Below, in pieces: positions 1-12,042 of a DNA stretch of 64,000 nucleotides (position 1 is the stretch's first letter; the number at the start of each line of letters is the position of its first letter). The position numbers and the translations under genes were made by a program. The notes below the pieces were generated by a model, which did no database searches, was not told where the DNA came from, and saw only the letters and a list, made by a program, of their open reading frames with translations. The DNA comes from a virus, in the IMG/VR virus record IMGVR_UViG_3300026518_000009, positions 16,247 to 80,246 of that record; one strand, written 5' to 3'.

Positions 1-3000
1 ACTACACACCAACAAGTTGGATTTAATATAGAAAATTATCTAAAAATACATTTTAGTGATTATGATATTACTAAATTAAATGATGATTATAAGAAGTTTA
101 GTAATACTACTCAAAATTTATTTGATAGAAATAATAGTAATAGTTTATTTAAGTTCTTAGATAATTATCTTCAATTAAAAAAATTTAATATAGATACTTT
201 AATAAGAAGTCCGAAAGGAAAATATTTATTCAATGTAGATAAGGATGGTACTTTTAGTTTTGGAAGTACTACAAGTGAGGTATTGTATTCTGCAAAAATA
301 GAAGATGGAAAATATATATTTACTAGTGAGATAGCATCAGGTATAACTAAGGATTTAACTCTAGATGAATTTATGATTAAGTTTAATAATGCATTACATG
401 ATAAACAATCATTTATTCCATTTGCAGTTAAATATACTAAAATAAATGGACAAGATATTTCAATACATGAACCAATTATTCATGCTCATAATCAAATAGG
501 AATTAAAAATAGAACAAATGATGATTTTGAAATAACTAATGTAAATACATTTAAAAATTATAATAGATTTGTAGAAGATAAATTACAAACTACATTTGTT
601 GGTACTAATAAAGATAGTGATGGAAACTATATTTATTTTACTCAACCAAATCTTCATTTTAACATTGCAGAAGAAATGAAGCCTGAAAATGTAGAACATA
701 TTAATTCAGATTTAGATAATATATTAAATAATACATCTGAAGAAGGAGTTGATTTAGATAATATACTTAATGATGAAGCTAATAATGACGGTAGACCATC
801 AATAAATAGTGTTGAAGCAGATGATAAAGAAACTACTATATATAATAATGATGATATTAAAACTACAAGCGATTATTATATAAAAGAGTTTGGTTCATTT
901 ACCCAACAAAAACAAATTGCTAATTCATTAATTAAACCAATTTTAAGATTATATACTGAACAAGTATTAAATAATAGTAGTGAATTATCAAAATTAAATC
1001 ATTCAGAATATTTTAATCAAAAATATTTACAGTTAGTAAAAATTAAAGATATACTTAGTAATATTAAAAGTAAATTTGATATTGACAAATTATCTATAAA
1101 TGATAAAGATAAAAAGTTTCTAGCATCTCTTGGAATTGATTATAGATTAAACAACGCTAATGAATTGTTATCTGATATGTTAAAATATTATGAGATAACT
1201 ACAAAACCAGACATTTATAAAAAATTAGTAGAACATGCTAAATCGGAATTAAATAATATTGGAATAAATACTAAAGGTAAAGAATTTAATTTTGAAGGAT
1301 TTGAAGAAAATGAAGATGGTGAAAATAATTTATATGAAACTGCTAAATATGATGATAAAGCTAGATTAAAATTAAACGATAAGCACATATCTAGTCCATT
1401 ATTTAAAGCTTTTTTATATACTATTCCATATACAGAATCTAAAGATGGTAAAAATATTGCTAAACGTAATGTACTTGGATTAGATATGTATGCTAATATT
1501 GATGATATATATAATAAACTTCATAGTATTTCAATGGATAAAGTTCTTACATTTGATGATATGATGAAGGTATTACGTTCTCAACAAACAGTATATCCAG
1601 TATTTAAAACTATAGCTGACAGATTAAATAATGATATAATGATACCAGTTCAAACTGAAATGGTTAATTATATGGCTAAATATAGGCACGAATTACAAAC
1701 TGCTATTGAAAGTAAATTTAATAAAGCAACATTAATAAATAATAATTCTACTACTGGTAAATATGGTATATTTAACGATTGGAGAAATAAATTTAATATA
1801 AGTAATTATATTATTGCAAAGGATGATAATTCATTTGAATATGATATTGATAAAATAAATGAACTTAAATCTAATTATAGTAAAGCATATGACTTATACA
1901 AAAATGATTATTTAAATCCTAAATTTCAAAATATATTTAAAAATATATTATCTAAATTTGGAATAGATTTATCTAATAGAACAATTAATACAATATTTGA
2001 ATTACCAAATAGTATTGAGAAAGCTAATATAGAACAAATATTAAATCCAAAAGCATCTAATTCATTTATTGGAATGCTATTTAGATTATCTAATTCTAAA
2101 GGTGATATAGATAAGATTAGTCCATTTAATAATAAAGCTATTTCTAAATATCTATTAAATATTGCAAAAGTTGAAGATATATTTAGTGATAAAGTATTTG
2201 ATAATTCTGCTATAGATGGTTCTGGTAATTTAATATTTGAGCCTCAAGATTATAATTATCTTAAAAATACAGTAAATGATATATTAAATCCTAATGGTAA
2301 TAAGCTTTCAGATCTATTAAAAGCTTCATTTAGTAAACATTCATTATGGTTGAATGCTATTGCATCAAATTCTAATATTAGAAAGAATTTTAAAGTATCA
2401 TTTTTTGATTCATATAAATTAGGAAATAATAGCAGCAATGCTACAGAACGTAAATTATTAACTGAATCTAATCAAAATAAAATAGCATTAGATATATTTG
2501 CTAATAGTACACATGATAGAACTAATTTCTTTGGATTAACATTTGGTGAAAATTCAACATCTCCTATATTTACTACTGCTAGACAAGATATTAAATTATA
2601 TTTTGATGAAGAAGGTGGTAAAATAAGAGTTGATGATAATACAGTAGAACTAGCATTTAATCAAGCATTAAATGAAATAGAAAGAATAAAAACATTTCAA
2701 GATACTATTAAAAAAACTAAATTTAGTGACTATAATAATGGTGCAGAAACATTCTTTTTATATAGATATTTAAATAAGGATGAACTTAGTAAAATTATTA
2801 GTAAGGATGAATTAGGTGAGATATATACAGGAAATAAACTAGAAATTACTCCTAATGGTATTAATATTATTAAAGATGTTATTAGAAGAAAGTTAGAAGA
2901 ACATATTGAAAATACAATAGCTGATTTCGAAGAACATAATAATATTAAATCTAAAGAAATACAAATAAAAGATAAAAATAAGGATGAAGTTAAAACAGTA

Positions 3001-6000
3001 AAAATATATACTCCAGATAATCTTAGTAAACAATATAGTACTGATAAAACATTTAAACCTGTAAACATTAGTGGTAAAACTGAATATTATAAAAATAAAA
3101 CTTTATTAGAGAGTGATACATTAAGAAATACTATAGCTAATTTTGCTATTCAAAGTAAATTAGCTAATGCAGAAATGTATTATATGCTAGCTGATCCTGC
3201 TATTATGACGAAAGTAGATAAGGATGGTAAAGTTGATATTGAAGCTACATTTAAAAATTTACAAAAGAGATTAAAAGGTGCATTATCTCCTCATATTACT
3301 GGTAATTGGACTACTCCTACATTTAGAAGTGTTACAGCTAAAGATAGAATTATTGATAGTAAACATTTAAATGAATATCATGATAAATTAAAAATTAATG
3401 GTTATAAAGAGTTAGAAACAACTGATGGTTTTGAACTTACTACATTAAAAGAAGATATTGAATTTAGATTGGCTAATAATCTCATTAAACCAAATATAGC
3501 TAAATCAATATTAAACAAAATTAAAAAAGTTAGTAATACAGAAGATAGATATTTTGAATTAGATAATATTGAAAAGGATGCTATATTTAATGTAAATAAA
3601 CCTATATTATATAGTAGTAAATATTACCCTGATGAAGATGTTAATATGATACATTTTCGTAAATCTAGTGCTATGCCATTACTTCCAGAAATGACTAGAG
3701 GATTACCTTTAGATAAAATTAGAGTTGCTATGGAAAGAGATGGAGTCGATAGAGTTGGATTTAATACTACTGATAAATTAGGTAAAACTGAATTAGCTAC
3801 TTTATTTGATAAAGAAGGAAATATACTAAATAATATTAGATTTAACGATAATCAAATACAAACTATTAATAGAGATGTATTTGGTATGCAACAACATATT
3901 CCAACTGATAATCATGAAGTAGCAGTTATCACACAGCTTAATTCATTAGCATTAGATGGATTATTAGATACTAAAGGTTTTAAATATAAAGATAAGACAT
4001 ATAATGGACATCAACTAAGAGATAAGAAGGAAGAATTAAAAATAAAATTATTTGAGTTAGGAAAACAAAGAGTATTAAATAGATTTGGAATAGAAGAATC
4101 AAATGGTGAATATAAATTTACTAATTATAGTGGACTAAAAAAATTATTATTAAATGTAGCTAAGAAGAACAATTGGAGTGATATTGATATTCAACAATTA
4201 GGTATTACAAAAGATGGTAAAAGTTTTAAATTTCCATTAATATTTAATAATAGTTTAGATAGAATACAATCTGCTTTAGTTAGTTATTTAAATAAAGAAA
4301 TTATAAAAATTAAATTTAATGGTAGTGGTGATGTTCAAGTACCAGATTTAGGATTTGGTAAAGCTATTACTACAGACTATAATAAATTATCTGATAGTGA
4401 AAAATCTAATTTAAAGGCTAATACTATATTTATAGATGGATATAATAATAATACTTTAGATGCATATGGAATAAATAATGATAGTAGTGTTAGACGTATG
4501 CAAGTATTAGTATCGTGGGGATTTACTGATAATACTGGTAATCTTTTAGATATTAATAAATTTACAAAAATAAATGATGATGGTAGGTTAGTAATAGATA
4601 CTGATAAATTACCTAAAGAAGTATTAGAAGGTATATATACTCGTATTCCTAAACAAAAACATGGAAGTACTGTACCATTTGAAATAGTAGGTTTTCTACC
4701 TGAAAATATGAAAAAAACTGTTGTAGTTGCAGATGGTATTACAGAACAAATGGGTTCTGACTTTGATATTGATAAGATGTATAGCTATCTTAAATATAGA
4801 TATCTTGATAAAGATGGCAAATTTAATGTTGTAAGTAAAGATACCAAAGATGATATAGAACATAAATTAGAATTAATTAACGAATATAAAACATTACAAG
4901 AACAATTTGGTGAGTTAGTTAGTAATAATAAAGCATATGTTGAGATTGATGGTAAAAAGAAATTAACTGAAATTGGAAGAAAAATACAAGATAAAATTGA
5001 TGAAATTAAAACTGAAGTTAATGATAATTTAGATGAACAATATTATAAACAATTATTAAAAATAAACACTGAAGATAATGTTATTAAAAATGACTATGTA
5101 GATTTATTAAACTCCATTTATACTCATCCAGATGTAGCTAAAATTGCATTAACTCCATTAACAAATACTGATTTAGATAATGAAATATTAAGACAGAAGT
5201 TTAGTACATATTCAGATATTACTGATTGGAAATATCAAAGAGATAGTTATAATTTACAACAAAATGGTAAAGATTTAATTGGTATTATATCATTAGCTAA
5301 TATTTATAATGCTCATGCTCAAGCTCACACGTTAGAACTTGGTAAGATATTAAGAGATAAAATAAAAATATTAGATGATACTGGAAATGTTTTAGATTTA
5401 AATTATTTAGGTGGAACTGCTAAATCTAAATTCATAGACGATAATAACAATGTTATAATTAGGAGTAAATCTGATAATATTCAGACATTACAGGATGCTG
5501 CTGTAGATAATGGTGCTAATCCTAAATTGGGATACTTGGGAGTAAATGTAAATAATATTAATTCTATTATTACTGCATTACGACTAAAAACTAATGATAA
5601 TGAATCTATGAACATTAACTTTATACTTAGATTAATTAAAATACCATTAGTAAAAGAATATCTTAATAATATACTAGAGTTTAAAAATAATAATGATTTT
5701 GAACATAGAGGGTTTGAATTAAAATATGCAAATGATAAATTAGAAGAGAAGTATAAGGATGATTTATATAAAGATAATGATAAATTATTATCTGCTAAAA
5801 TGCTATTAGATGCAATAAATGATGATAATATTACTAATTCAACTGCTACTTCTGCTTTAGAATTATTCAAAAAATTATATAAACTTGGTGATGCAGAAGC
5901 TAAAGTGATGAGTACTGTTATGAGTGCTATTAGAAACGGTGCTGGTAAAAATATATATGAATCTATGGGTTTAGCAAACAGATTATATTCTGATGTCATT

Positions 6001-9000
6001 AATAATGAATATATTCCAAAAGCTTATGAATTATTAGGAGATTTAAAATATGATAAAAATAATAGACCATACATAGATTACAAAACTGAATTAGGAAAGG
6101 CATTTGAAAATAGTGTTATATTTACCAATCAGTCATTAGGAAGATTATTAAATATAAATACTCCTAAATTAAGAACTGTATTTAGTGAATTATACAACAA
6201 TAATATCCCATTAAATGCTAAGAATATTAAAGGAGTTGTAGATGAATACAGAACTGCTATATTATCTAGTAAATCTGGTATAGTACCTAATGATATTGTT
6301 AGACAAGAAAGATATAGATTATTATATGGTAAAACTTCATTATGGAATAGAATACAAGATTATCTTAAAACTAATGATAATAAATTTTTAGATGAATTAA
6401 AAATTAAATCAGTACCTGGCAAAGATATTGCAAAGCGTATTGCTTATGATAATACTAAAGGTAAGAACATAAGTGAAGTTGACAATATAAATTATATCAA
6501 TGAGATGTTATATTCTGATAATCTAGAATTAAAGAGTATCGGTGAAGATTTAGTTAAATATAGTTATTTAGTTTCTCCTATATTTAATACTATAAGTTTT
6601 ACTAGATTTATTAGTACCAAATATTTGGAAGAATTAGGAGTAGATAAAAATCTTAGAAATATAAATATAACAAATGTTCCTATGGATGGCAAAACTAATG
6701 TTAATACAGAAGCATTCATAGCTCAACAATATCAACATAAGCCATATTTAGCAATTAATCTAAATACTGATGGAATTGATATAATTAAATCACATTTTGG
6801 AAGTAAAGGATTTAGAGAAGAAGTTGCTGTTAATCTAGATAAAAAAATATTTAATGGTAAAGTTCCTAATTTTTTATCTGATAATTATAAAGATAATAAT
6901 GGTAGTAGAACATGGTTATTATATGAATATATAGGAGTAAATAATAATAATGAATATGTATATAAAAGAATTGATACTGCTGGTAATGCTAATAAGCAAG
7001 GTAAATATATAAAAGAATATAATCTTAATACTAGAAGAATTATAAGTTTATTTAATGATAATCAACATGATTATAATTATAAAGGTATTGAAAAGATTAT
7101 AAGTAGACCTACAGAAATAAATGACGAAACTCCTACTACTAACTCTTTGCCAAATATTACAGCTGTAGATAAATACGCTAAAGATGGTAAATTAACAAGT
7201 ACATTAAAAGAAATAAAATCTAATGATTATTATAGTTTAATTGCAGATACATTTAGTAAATATTTTAAACATACTACTGATGTTAATTTTGCATTTGATA
7301 ATAGTTTACCAAATAATATTGCTGGTATATATAAAGATGGATTAATTAGAATGAATGGAAACATTGATTTAGATAATCCAAAAAATATAGATACATTCGA
7401 AGCTAAGATATTACATGAATCAGCACATGCTATAACTGATAAGTTGATAGATAATTATTTTAATAATAAATCAGCTAATACTAAAGAAGTAAATGCTATA
7501 TTAGATAGACTTAATGAAGTATTTATTCATAGTAGAAATAAAATAATTAGTAATAGTGATAAGGAAGAATATTTAAAAGATTTAATTAACAAATTTAGTA
7601 AACTAAATAAAAATGATAAATTATCTATATCCAAAGAAGATGCTAAATATTATGGATTTACTGATTTACATGAGTTTATTAGTGAAACTATAAGTAATAA
7701 TAAATTTAGAGAATTACTTAATAATGTAAAATATAACAAAGATAGAACTGTACTAGATAAGATTAATGGTTTATTACAAAAAGTATATAAAACTATATTA
7801 AAATCATTCGGATTGGATGTTAAGCCAAATACTGCATTAGACTATACATTTAATGAGATATTTAATTTAATGCACGAAAATAGTAAATATGATAATTTTG
7901 ATGACTTAAAAGTTGATGGTAATGATTTTGCTAATAAAACAGTAGTTGAAAAAGCTAATGATAATATAGTAGATAAATTAAATCTAGATAAAAAAGCAAT
8001 ACTTACTAAAGATGAATTATCTATAATCGCTAGAAATACCGATACAAAAGAAAATATGCTAGATAAAGACCCCTACTCAGATACTTATATTCCTACTCAA
8101 GATCCTACTAATAATAATATAGCATCAAATTATAAAGTATTTACTAAAGAAAGTATTATATCAGGACTTAGAGAACGTGGAGTTATAGATAATAATGGTA
8201 AAATATTAGATAAAAATACAATATATAAACTTCAACAAAAATTAGGAGATAGAGTATTATCTATTAAAAATAATACATTAGAAATTAATGAATCTGAACT
8301 AGCTAACTATAATACTAAACTTAAAGAATATGCTGCTAATAATACTGGACAAGTATATAGCACTCATAATTCTATAATAACTACAGAACATTCTCCAGAA
8401 ATTAAAAAAATGATTAACGAGTATAATATACTTATTAGTAAATATAATTATAAGCTTACTGGAACAATGTCTAATAAAGAGAGAGCTATTATTGAAACTA
8501 GAATAGATAAATTACGAGAATTTAGAGATGAATTAATTGAAAATGATTCTATAGATACTATTAAAACTATAGCTAATAAACAATTAGATTTAGCTCATTC
8601 TATATTAAATAAAAAAGAATTAACTCATTTAGATATTCAAGCCGCATCTGATATAGCTAGTATGTGGAATAAAAATACTACAGATAACTATTTAACAGCA
8701 GAACAAAAATTAAATCCTGAGAATAGTGAATATAAAGTATATAGGGAATTAAATACAAGAGCGATTGATATAGATAATGAAGTATTATATCATGCTAGAG
8801 AATTAGCACTTGATTATATAAATAATACTATCGGATTTAATAAAGAAATTAAATTAAAAGATTTATTAGCAATACATGATATTCCTTATTTTAAAGCTAC
8901 ATTTATGGATTTATTTAAAGCTAAAAGTCCATTATTACAAACTATTGGAATGGTATTATCTATTGCTAATAATGGACCAAATGGTGTTATACTTGAAATG

Positions 9001-11868
9001 AATAAAACAGTAGATGATATATTTAAACCTATAGAAAATGATAAAAGTATAAAATCAATTGTTGGTAATAATTTTGATATATTTCATAAAAAAGATTCAA
9101 AAGGAAATATTTTACTTAGTTTAGTAGAACGTACAAGTGCTAAATGGGATGAAGATTTAGCTAATTTTAAGAATAAATTATCTTTATTAGATAATCAATT
9201 TGACAATGGTATTATTAAAGATAAAAATACTTATTTAAAAAGAAGATTTGCTGAAATTAGAAAACAGAATAAAAAACAGATATTAGTTGATATTGTAGCA
9301 TTAGGTCTTACTGGTAGAGTTAATAGTAGACAAAGACCTGGGTATAAATTTGATGACCCTAGTGAATATAAACAATATCTAGTTGATGAATTAGGAAAAA
9401 ATATTGCTGAAGAAGTTATTGAAAATGCAAAAAGTGAATATCAACAATATTTAAATGATAAAGAATATAAAACTGAACTAATTAATGATTCTGATTTAAG
9501 TAAAGAAGAAAAAGATGTAGAACTAAAAAAATGGATAAAAGATAATAATCCAGAATTAACGTTAGATAGGATATTTACTGGAGAAGATATAGATGGTGGA
9601 AGTAATGGATTTAAATATATAGTTAAAATACCTAGAAGAAGAATTAAGCAAGGAGATAAATATATTGATACTGGATATTATGATAAAGATTTTGAGAAAA
9701 TAATGGCTAATGATAAATTAAGAGAGATATATAATAAACATAATGAATTATTAACTAAATTCTTAATTAAATTACCTAGATTAACAACTAATAATTTAGA
9801 TACTAATTTCTTACCTGGAGTACTAAAATCATCTTATGATACAATGTTTAAAAGTGAAGATTCTAGAATGAATATATTAAATTCTAAATTAATAGAGTCA
9901 ATAGCTTCTACTGATGTTAGAAAACTTGTTGGAGATAAAATTAAATTATATGTTAAATCAGATATACATGGTAAAATATTAAAGAGTATTCCTATACATT
10001 ATGTAGAACATACTCAACCAGATTATATGTATTCAACAGATTTAAAATATAACTTGAAAAAGTTTGGAGAAATGGCATTAAATTATGAATATAAAAATGC
10101 TATGGAACCAGTATTATTTACATTACTAAAGGTATTAGATAATGCTAGAGAAATACAAACTACTGATAGTGGAGCAAATATATACAATGAAAATGGGGAA
10201 TTACAAACTAAAGATAATGGTTTAGTAATGTCTCATAAATTGGTAGATAACTCTATTGCAAAAATAATGTATGATGAAGGATTAAAACATAAATATAGTT
10301 CTAAGGTAATTCATAATCCTCCTAGTATGAATGAAGTAAAATTAGTTACACTTCGTAGAAAGTTAGAAAGGGGTGAGATAACTAAAGATGAATATGATTC
10401 TAAGTCTGCTATTATTAGTAAATCAGATGATAGTCAAATAACTTTATTAAATGCTAAACAACAACATATATTAAAAAGATTAGGATTACAAATAGAAAAT
10501 GATTATCATAAATTAGAAAATGATTTTGAAAATAATAATATTTCAGAAGAAGAATATAATACAAAATTAAATAGATTAGAAAAAGATTATGAAGCATTAG
10601 GTGGAAGAAATTTATCTACTACAAAAGTTGCTGATAAATTTTTATATCTAACTCAGATGAAAGGTATGGCGTTAAACTTTACTTCAGGTATGGGTAACTT
10701 TTTATATGGAATTATTGCTATGTTTACTCATGCTAATGGTAGAGTTGAATTTAATAATAAAACAGCTTTTAAAGCAATGAATGAAGTATTATCAACTAGA
10801 TTAAAATCTAAAGAAGATAATAAAGTATATAACATAATGAAGAATGGTAATATTGTATACGATACTATTGATGCTAGACATGACACTGTTAAAAGTAGTG
10901 ATATGTTTAAACAAGTTCATAATTTAGATTTTTATGTATTTCAAAGTCAAACTGAGTATTTAATTCAAGCAATGTCATATATAGCTAAAATGATGCACTA
11001 TAAGGTAGAAGATAAAAATGGAAATACAATAAGCTTATATGATGCATATAAGAATGATGGAACTATTGATATTGATAAAATGGGTGAGGATTTTGCTAAT
11101 AGATGGAATCATATTACAAAACCAGGAGAGGTTAATGATTTTGTTAATTTTAGAGAAAGTGGAATTGAGTTAAATAAAATGTTACATGGTAATTATGATC
11201 CTAGTAGTCCTAAATTAATAAATAGTACATTATTCGGTAAAGCTTTAATGCAATTTAGAAATTGGATACCAGAAGGAATATTTAGTAGATTTAGTGATGA
11301 GTTTTATGATCGTAGATTAGGTAGAACTATAAAAGGTAGATGGACTACATATGGTGAATTAGGAATAGGTGGAAGTCTTAAAACACTATTAAAACAAATA
11401 TTATATAGACCAGATGCATTTATTATTGATGGTGAAAAGATGAAAGATGTAGATATAGAAAATATGCGTAGAAATCTAGGTGAGTTAGCTGTTGCTGTAA
11501 GTATTCTTGGAATGATGCTTGGTCTTAAAGCTATTATTAATTGGAATAAAGATGAAAATAATGGTGGAATAGGAGCTTCTAGTGCTATGGTAGCATATAA
11601 TATATTGTTTAGAGCTAATCAAGATATATACTTTTATAATAATCCTAAAACATTTTACAATATTCTTCGTTCTCCATTACCAGCAACAAAAGTATTTACT
11701 GACTTTATGAATGCTGCACATGGAAGTTATAAAGAACTTACACAAGATAATTATAGAGGTCAAAGTTGGTATAGTAAATGGGCAAAAGTATTTCCTATAT
11801 TAAATCAAGCACCTAAATGGGATTATTATGCTAATAATATGTTAAAGACTAATTATGGTTATCAATAA
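1..11868 (+). CDS. Giant virion-packaged RNA polymerase polyprotein (crAss-like; RNAP + zincin-like protease + C-terminal cargo domain), 5'-truncated by the window
   Basis: Frame 1 is open from base 1 (the track start at 283 is an internal TTG). Motifs: TRIPKQKHGS, QMGSDFDIDKMY (DxDxD, ~4750-4780), DAAVDNG, LHESAHA...LHEFISE (zincin, ~7411-7690), C-terminal LMQFRNWIP. Size and position are typical of crAss-like RNAP genes. Confidence 0.9.
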   Translation, partial: TTHQQVGFNIENYLKIHFSDYDITKLNDDYKKFSNTTQNLFDRNNSNSLFKFLDNYLQLKKFNIDTLIRSPKGKYLFNVDKDGTFSFGSTTSEVLYSAKIEDGKYIFTSEIASGITKDLTLDEFMIKFNNALHDKQSFIPFAVKYTKINGQDISIHEPIIHAHNQIGIKNRTNDDFEITNVNTFKNYNRFVEDKLQTTFVGTNKDSDGNYIYFTQPNLHFNIAEEMKPENVEHINSDLDNILNNTSEEGVDLDNILNDEANNDGRPSINSVEADDKETTIYNNDDIKTTSDYYIKEFGSFTQQKQIANSLIKPILRLYTEQVLNNSSELSKLNHSEYFNQKYLQLVKIKDILSNIKSKFDIDKLSINDKDKKFLASLGIDYRLNNANELLSDMLKYYEITTKPDIYKKLVEHAKSELNNIGINTKGKEFNFEGFEENEDGENNLYETAKYDDKARLKLNDKHISSPLFKAFLYTIPYTESKDGKNIAKRNVLGLDMYANIDDIYNKLHSISMDKVLTFDDMMKVLRSQQTVYPVFKTIADRLNNDIMIPVQTEMVNYMAKYRHELQTAIESKFNKATLINNNSTTGKYGIFNDWRNKFNISNYIIAKDDNSFEYDIDKINELKSNYSKAYDLYKNDYLNPKFQNIFKNILSKFGIDLSNRTINTIFELPNSIEKANIEQILNPKASNSFIGMLFRLSNSKGDIDKISPFNNKAISKYLLNIAKVEDIFSDKVFDNSAIDGSGNLIFEPQDYNYLKNTVNDILNPNGNKLSDLLKASFSKHSLWLNAIASNSNIRKNFKVSFFDSYKLGNNSSNATERKLLTESNQNKIALDIFANSTHDRTNFFGLTFGENSTSPIFTTARQDIKLYFDEEGGKIRVDDNTVELAFNQALNEIERIKTFQDTIKKTKFSDYNNGAETFFLYRYLNKDELSKIISKDELGEIYTGNKLEITPNGINIIKDVIRRKLEEHIENTIADFEEHNNIKSKEIQIKDKNKDEVKTVKIYTPDNLSKQYSTDKTFKPVNISGKTEYYKNKTLLESDTLRNTIANFAIQSKLANAEMYYMLADPAIMTKVDKDGKVDIEATFKNLQKRLKGALSPHITGNWTTPTFRSVTAKDRIIDSKHLNEYHDKLKINGYKELETTDGFELTTLKEDIEFRLANNLIKPNIAKSILNKIKKVSNTEDRYFELDNIEKDAIFNVNKPILYSSKYYPDEDVNMIHFRKSSAMPLLPEMTRGLPLDKIRVAMERDGVDRVGFNTTDKLGKTELATLFDKEGNILNNIRFNDNQIQTINRDVFGMQQHIPTDNHEVAVITQLNSLALDGLLDTKGFKYKDKTYNGHQLRDKKEELKIKLFELGKQRVLNRFGIEESNGEYKFTNYSGLKKLLLNVAKKNNWSDIDIQQLGITKDGKSFKFPLIFNNSLDRIQSALVSYLNKEIIKIKFNGSGDVQVPDLGFGKAITTDYNKLSDSEKSNLKANTIFIDGYNNNTLDAYGINNDSSVRRMQVLVSWGFTDNTGNLLDINKFTKINDDGRLVIDTDKLPKEVLEGIYTRIPKQKHGSTVPFEIVGFLPENMKKTVVVADGITEQMGSDFDIDKMYSYLKYRYLDKDGKFNVVSKDTKDDIEHKLELINEYKTLQEQFGELVSNNKAYVEIDGKKKLTEIGRKIQDKIDEIKTEVNDNLDEQYYKQLLKINTEDNVIKNDYVDLLNSIYTHPDVAKIALTPLTNTDLDNEILRQKFSTYSDITDWKYQRDSYNLQQNGKDLIGIISLANIYNAHAQAHTLELGKILRDKIKILDDTGNVLDLNYLGGTAKSKFIDDNNNVIIRSKSDNIQTLQDAAVDNGANPKLGYLGVNVNNINSIITALRLKTNDNESMNINFILRLIKIPLVKEYLNNILEFKNNNDFEHRGFELKYANDKLEEKYKDDLYKDNDKLLSAKMLLDAINDDNITNSTATSALELFKKLYKLGDAEAKVMSTVMSAIRNGAGKNIYESMGLANRLYSDVINNEYIPKAYELLGDLKYDKNNRPYIDYKTELGKAFENSVIFTNQSLGRLLNINTPKLRTVFSELYNNNIPLNAKNIKGVVDEYRTAILSSKSGIVPNDIVRQERYRLLYGKTSLWNRIQDYLKTNDNKFLDELKIKSVPGKDIAKRIAYDNTKGKNISEVDNINYINEMLYSDNLELKSIGEDLVKYSYLVSPIFNTISFTRFISTKYLEELGVDKNLRNINITNVPMDGKTNVNTEAFIAQQYQHKPYLAINLNTDGIDIIKSHFGSKGFREEVAVNLDKKIFNGKVPNFLSDNYKDNNGSRTWLLYEYIGVNNNNEYVYKRIDTAGNANKQGKYIKEYNLNTRRIISLFNDNQHDYNYKGIEKIISRPTEINDETPTTNSLPNITAVDKYAKDGKLTSTLKEIKSNDYYSLIADTFSKYFKHTTDVNFAFDNSLPNNIAGIYKDGLIRMNGNIDLDNPKNIDTFEAKILHESAHAITDKLIDNYFNNKSANTKEVNAILDRLNEVFIHSRNKIISNSDKEEYLKDLINKFSKLNKNDKLSISKEDAKYYGFTDLHEFISETISNNKFRELLNNVKYNKDRTVLDKINGLLQKVYKTILKSFGLDVKPNTALDYTFNEIFNLMHENSKYDNFDDLKVDGNDFANKTVVEKANDNIVDKLNLDKKAILTKDELSIIARNTDTKENMLDKDPYSDTYIPTQDPTNNNIASNYKVFTKESIISGLRERGVIDNNGKILDKNTIYKLQQKLGDRVLSIKNNTLEINESELANYNTKLKEYAANNTGQVYSTHNSIITTEHSPEIKKMINEYNILISKYNYKLTGTMSNKERAIIETRIDKLREFRDELIENDSIDTIKTIANKQLDLAHSILNKKELTHLDIQAASDIASMWNKNTTDNYLTAEQKLNPENSEYKVYRELNTRAIDIDNEVLYHARELALDYINNTIGFNKEIKLKDLLAIHDIPYFKATFMDLFKAKSPLLQTIGMVLSIANNGPNGVILEMNKTVDDIFKPIENDKSIKSIVGNNFDIFHKKDSKGNILLSLVERTSAKWDEDLANFKNKLSLLDNQFDNGIIKDKNTYLKRRFAEIRKQNKKQILVDIVALGLTGRVNSRQRPGYKFDDPSEYKQYLVDELGKNIAEEVIENAKSEYQQYLNDKEYKTELINDSDLSKEEKDVELKKWIKDNNPELTLDRIFTGEDIDGGSNGFKYIVKIPRRRIKQGDKYIDTGYYDKDFEKIMANDKLREIYNKHNELLTKFLIKLPRLTTNNLDTNFLPGVLKSSYDTMFKSEDSRMNILNSKLIESIASTDVRKLVGDKIKLYVKSDIHGKILKSIPIHYVEHTQPDYMYSTDLKYNLKKFGEMALNYEYKNAMEPVLFTLLKVLDNAREIQTTDSGANIYNENGELQTKDNGLVMSHKLVDNSIAKIMYDEGLKHKYSSKVIHNPPSMNEVKLVTLRRKLERGEITKDEYDSKSAIISKSDDSQITLLNAKQQHILKRLGLQIENDYHKLENDFENNNISEEEYNTKLNRLEKDYEALGGRNLSTTKVADKFLYLTQMKGMALNFTSGMGNFLYGIIAMFTHANGRVEFNNKTAFKAMNEVLSTRLKSKEDNKVYNIMKNGNIVYDTIDARHDTVKSSDMFKQVHNLDFYVFQSQTEYLIQAMSYIAKMMHYKVEDKNGNTISLYDAYKNDGTIDIDKMGEDFANRWNHITKPGEVNDFVNFRESGIELNKMLHGNYDPSSPKLINSTLFGKALMQFRNWIPEGIFSRFSDEFYDRRLGRTIKGRWTTYGELGIGGSLKTLLKQILYRPDAFIIDGEKMKDVDIENMRRNLGELAVAVSILGMMLGLKAIINWNKDENNGGIGASSAMVAYNILFRANQDIYFYNNPKTFYNILRSPLPATKVFTDFMNAAHGSYKELTQDNYRGQSWYSKWAKVFPILNQAPKWDYYANNMLKTNYGYQ

Positions 11869-11907
11869 AATACATATTCAACTTAAATATATATTTTCAT
11901 AGTCAAG

Positions 11908-11947
11908 AAAAAGGGGTCTGATATATAACTATATCGATCCCTTTGTT
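11908..11947. terminator. Likely bidirectional intrinsic terminator between converging modules
   Basis: AAAGGGGTC-T-GATATA/TATATC-GATCCCTTT hairpin flanked by A- and T-rich runs. Confidence 0.7.
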
Positions 11948-12042
11948 ATCTATTAACCTGACTAATGATTATTATTAAATTATGTCAAATTTTAATGTAA
12001 TACTTTTGTGAAAATATAAATATACTTTTTTATATATGTAAT

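Noticed and set aside
2256-5999. Antisense ORFs inside the RNAP gene (and similar ones opposite portal, capsid-region, ligase and tail genes)
   Set aside because: Shadow ORFs produced by codon bias; no independent signals
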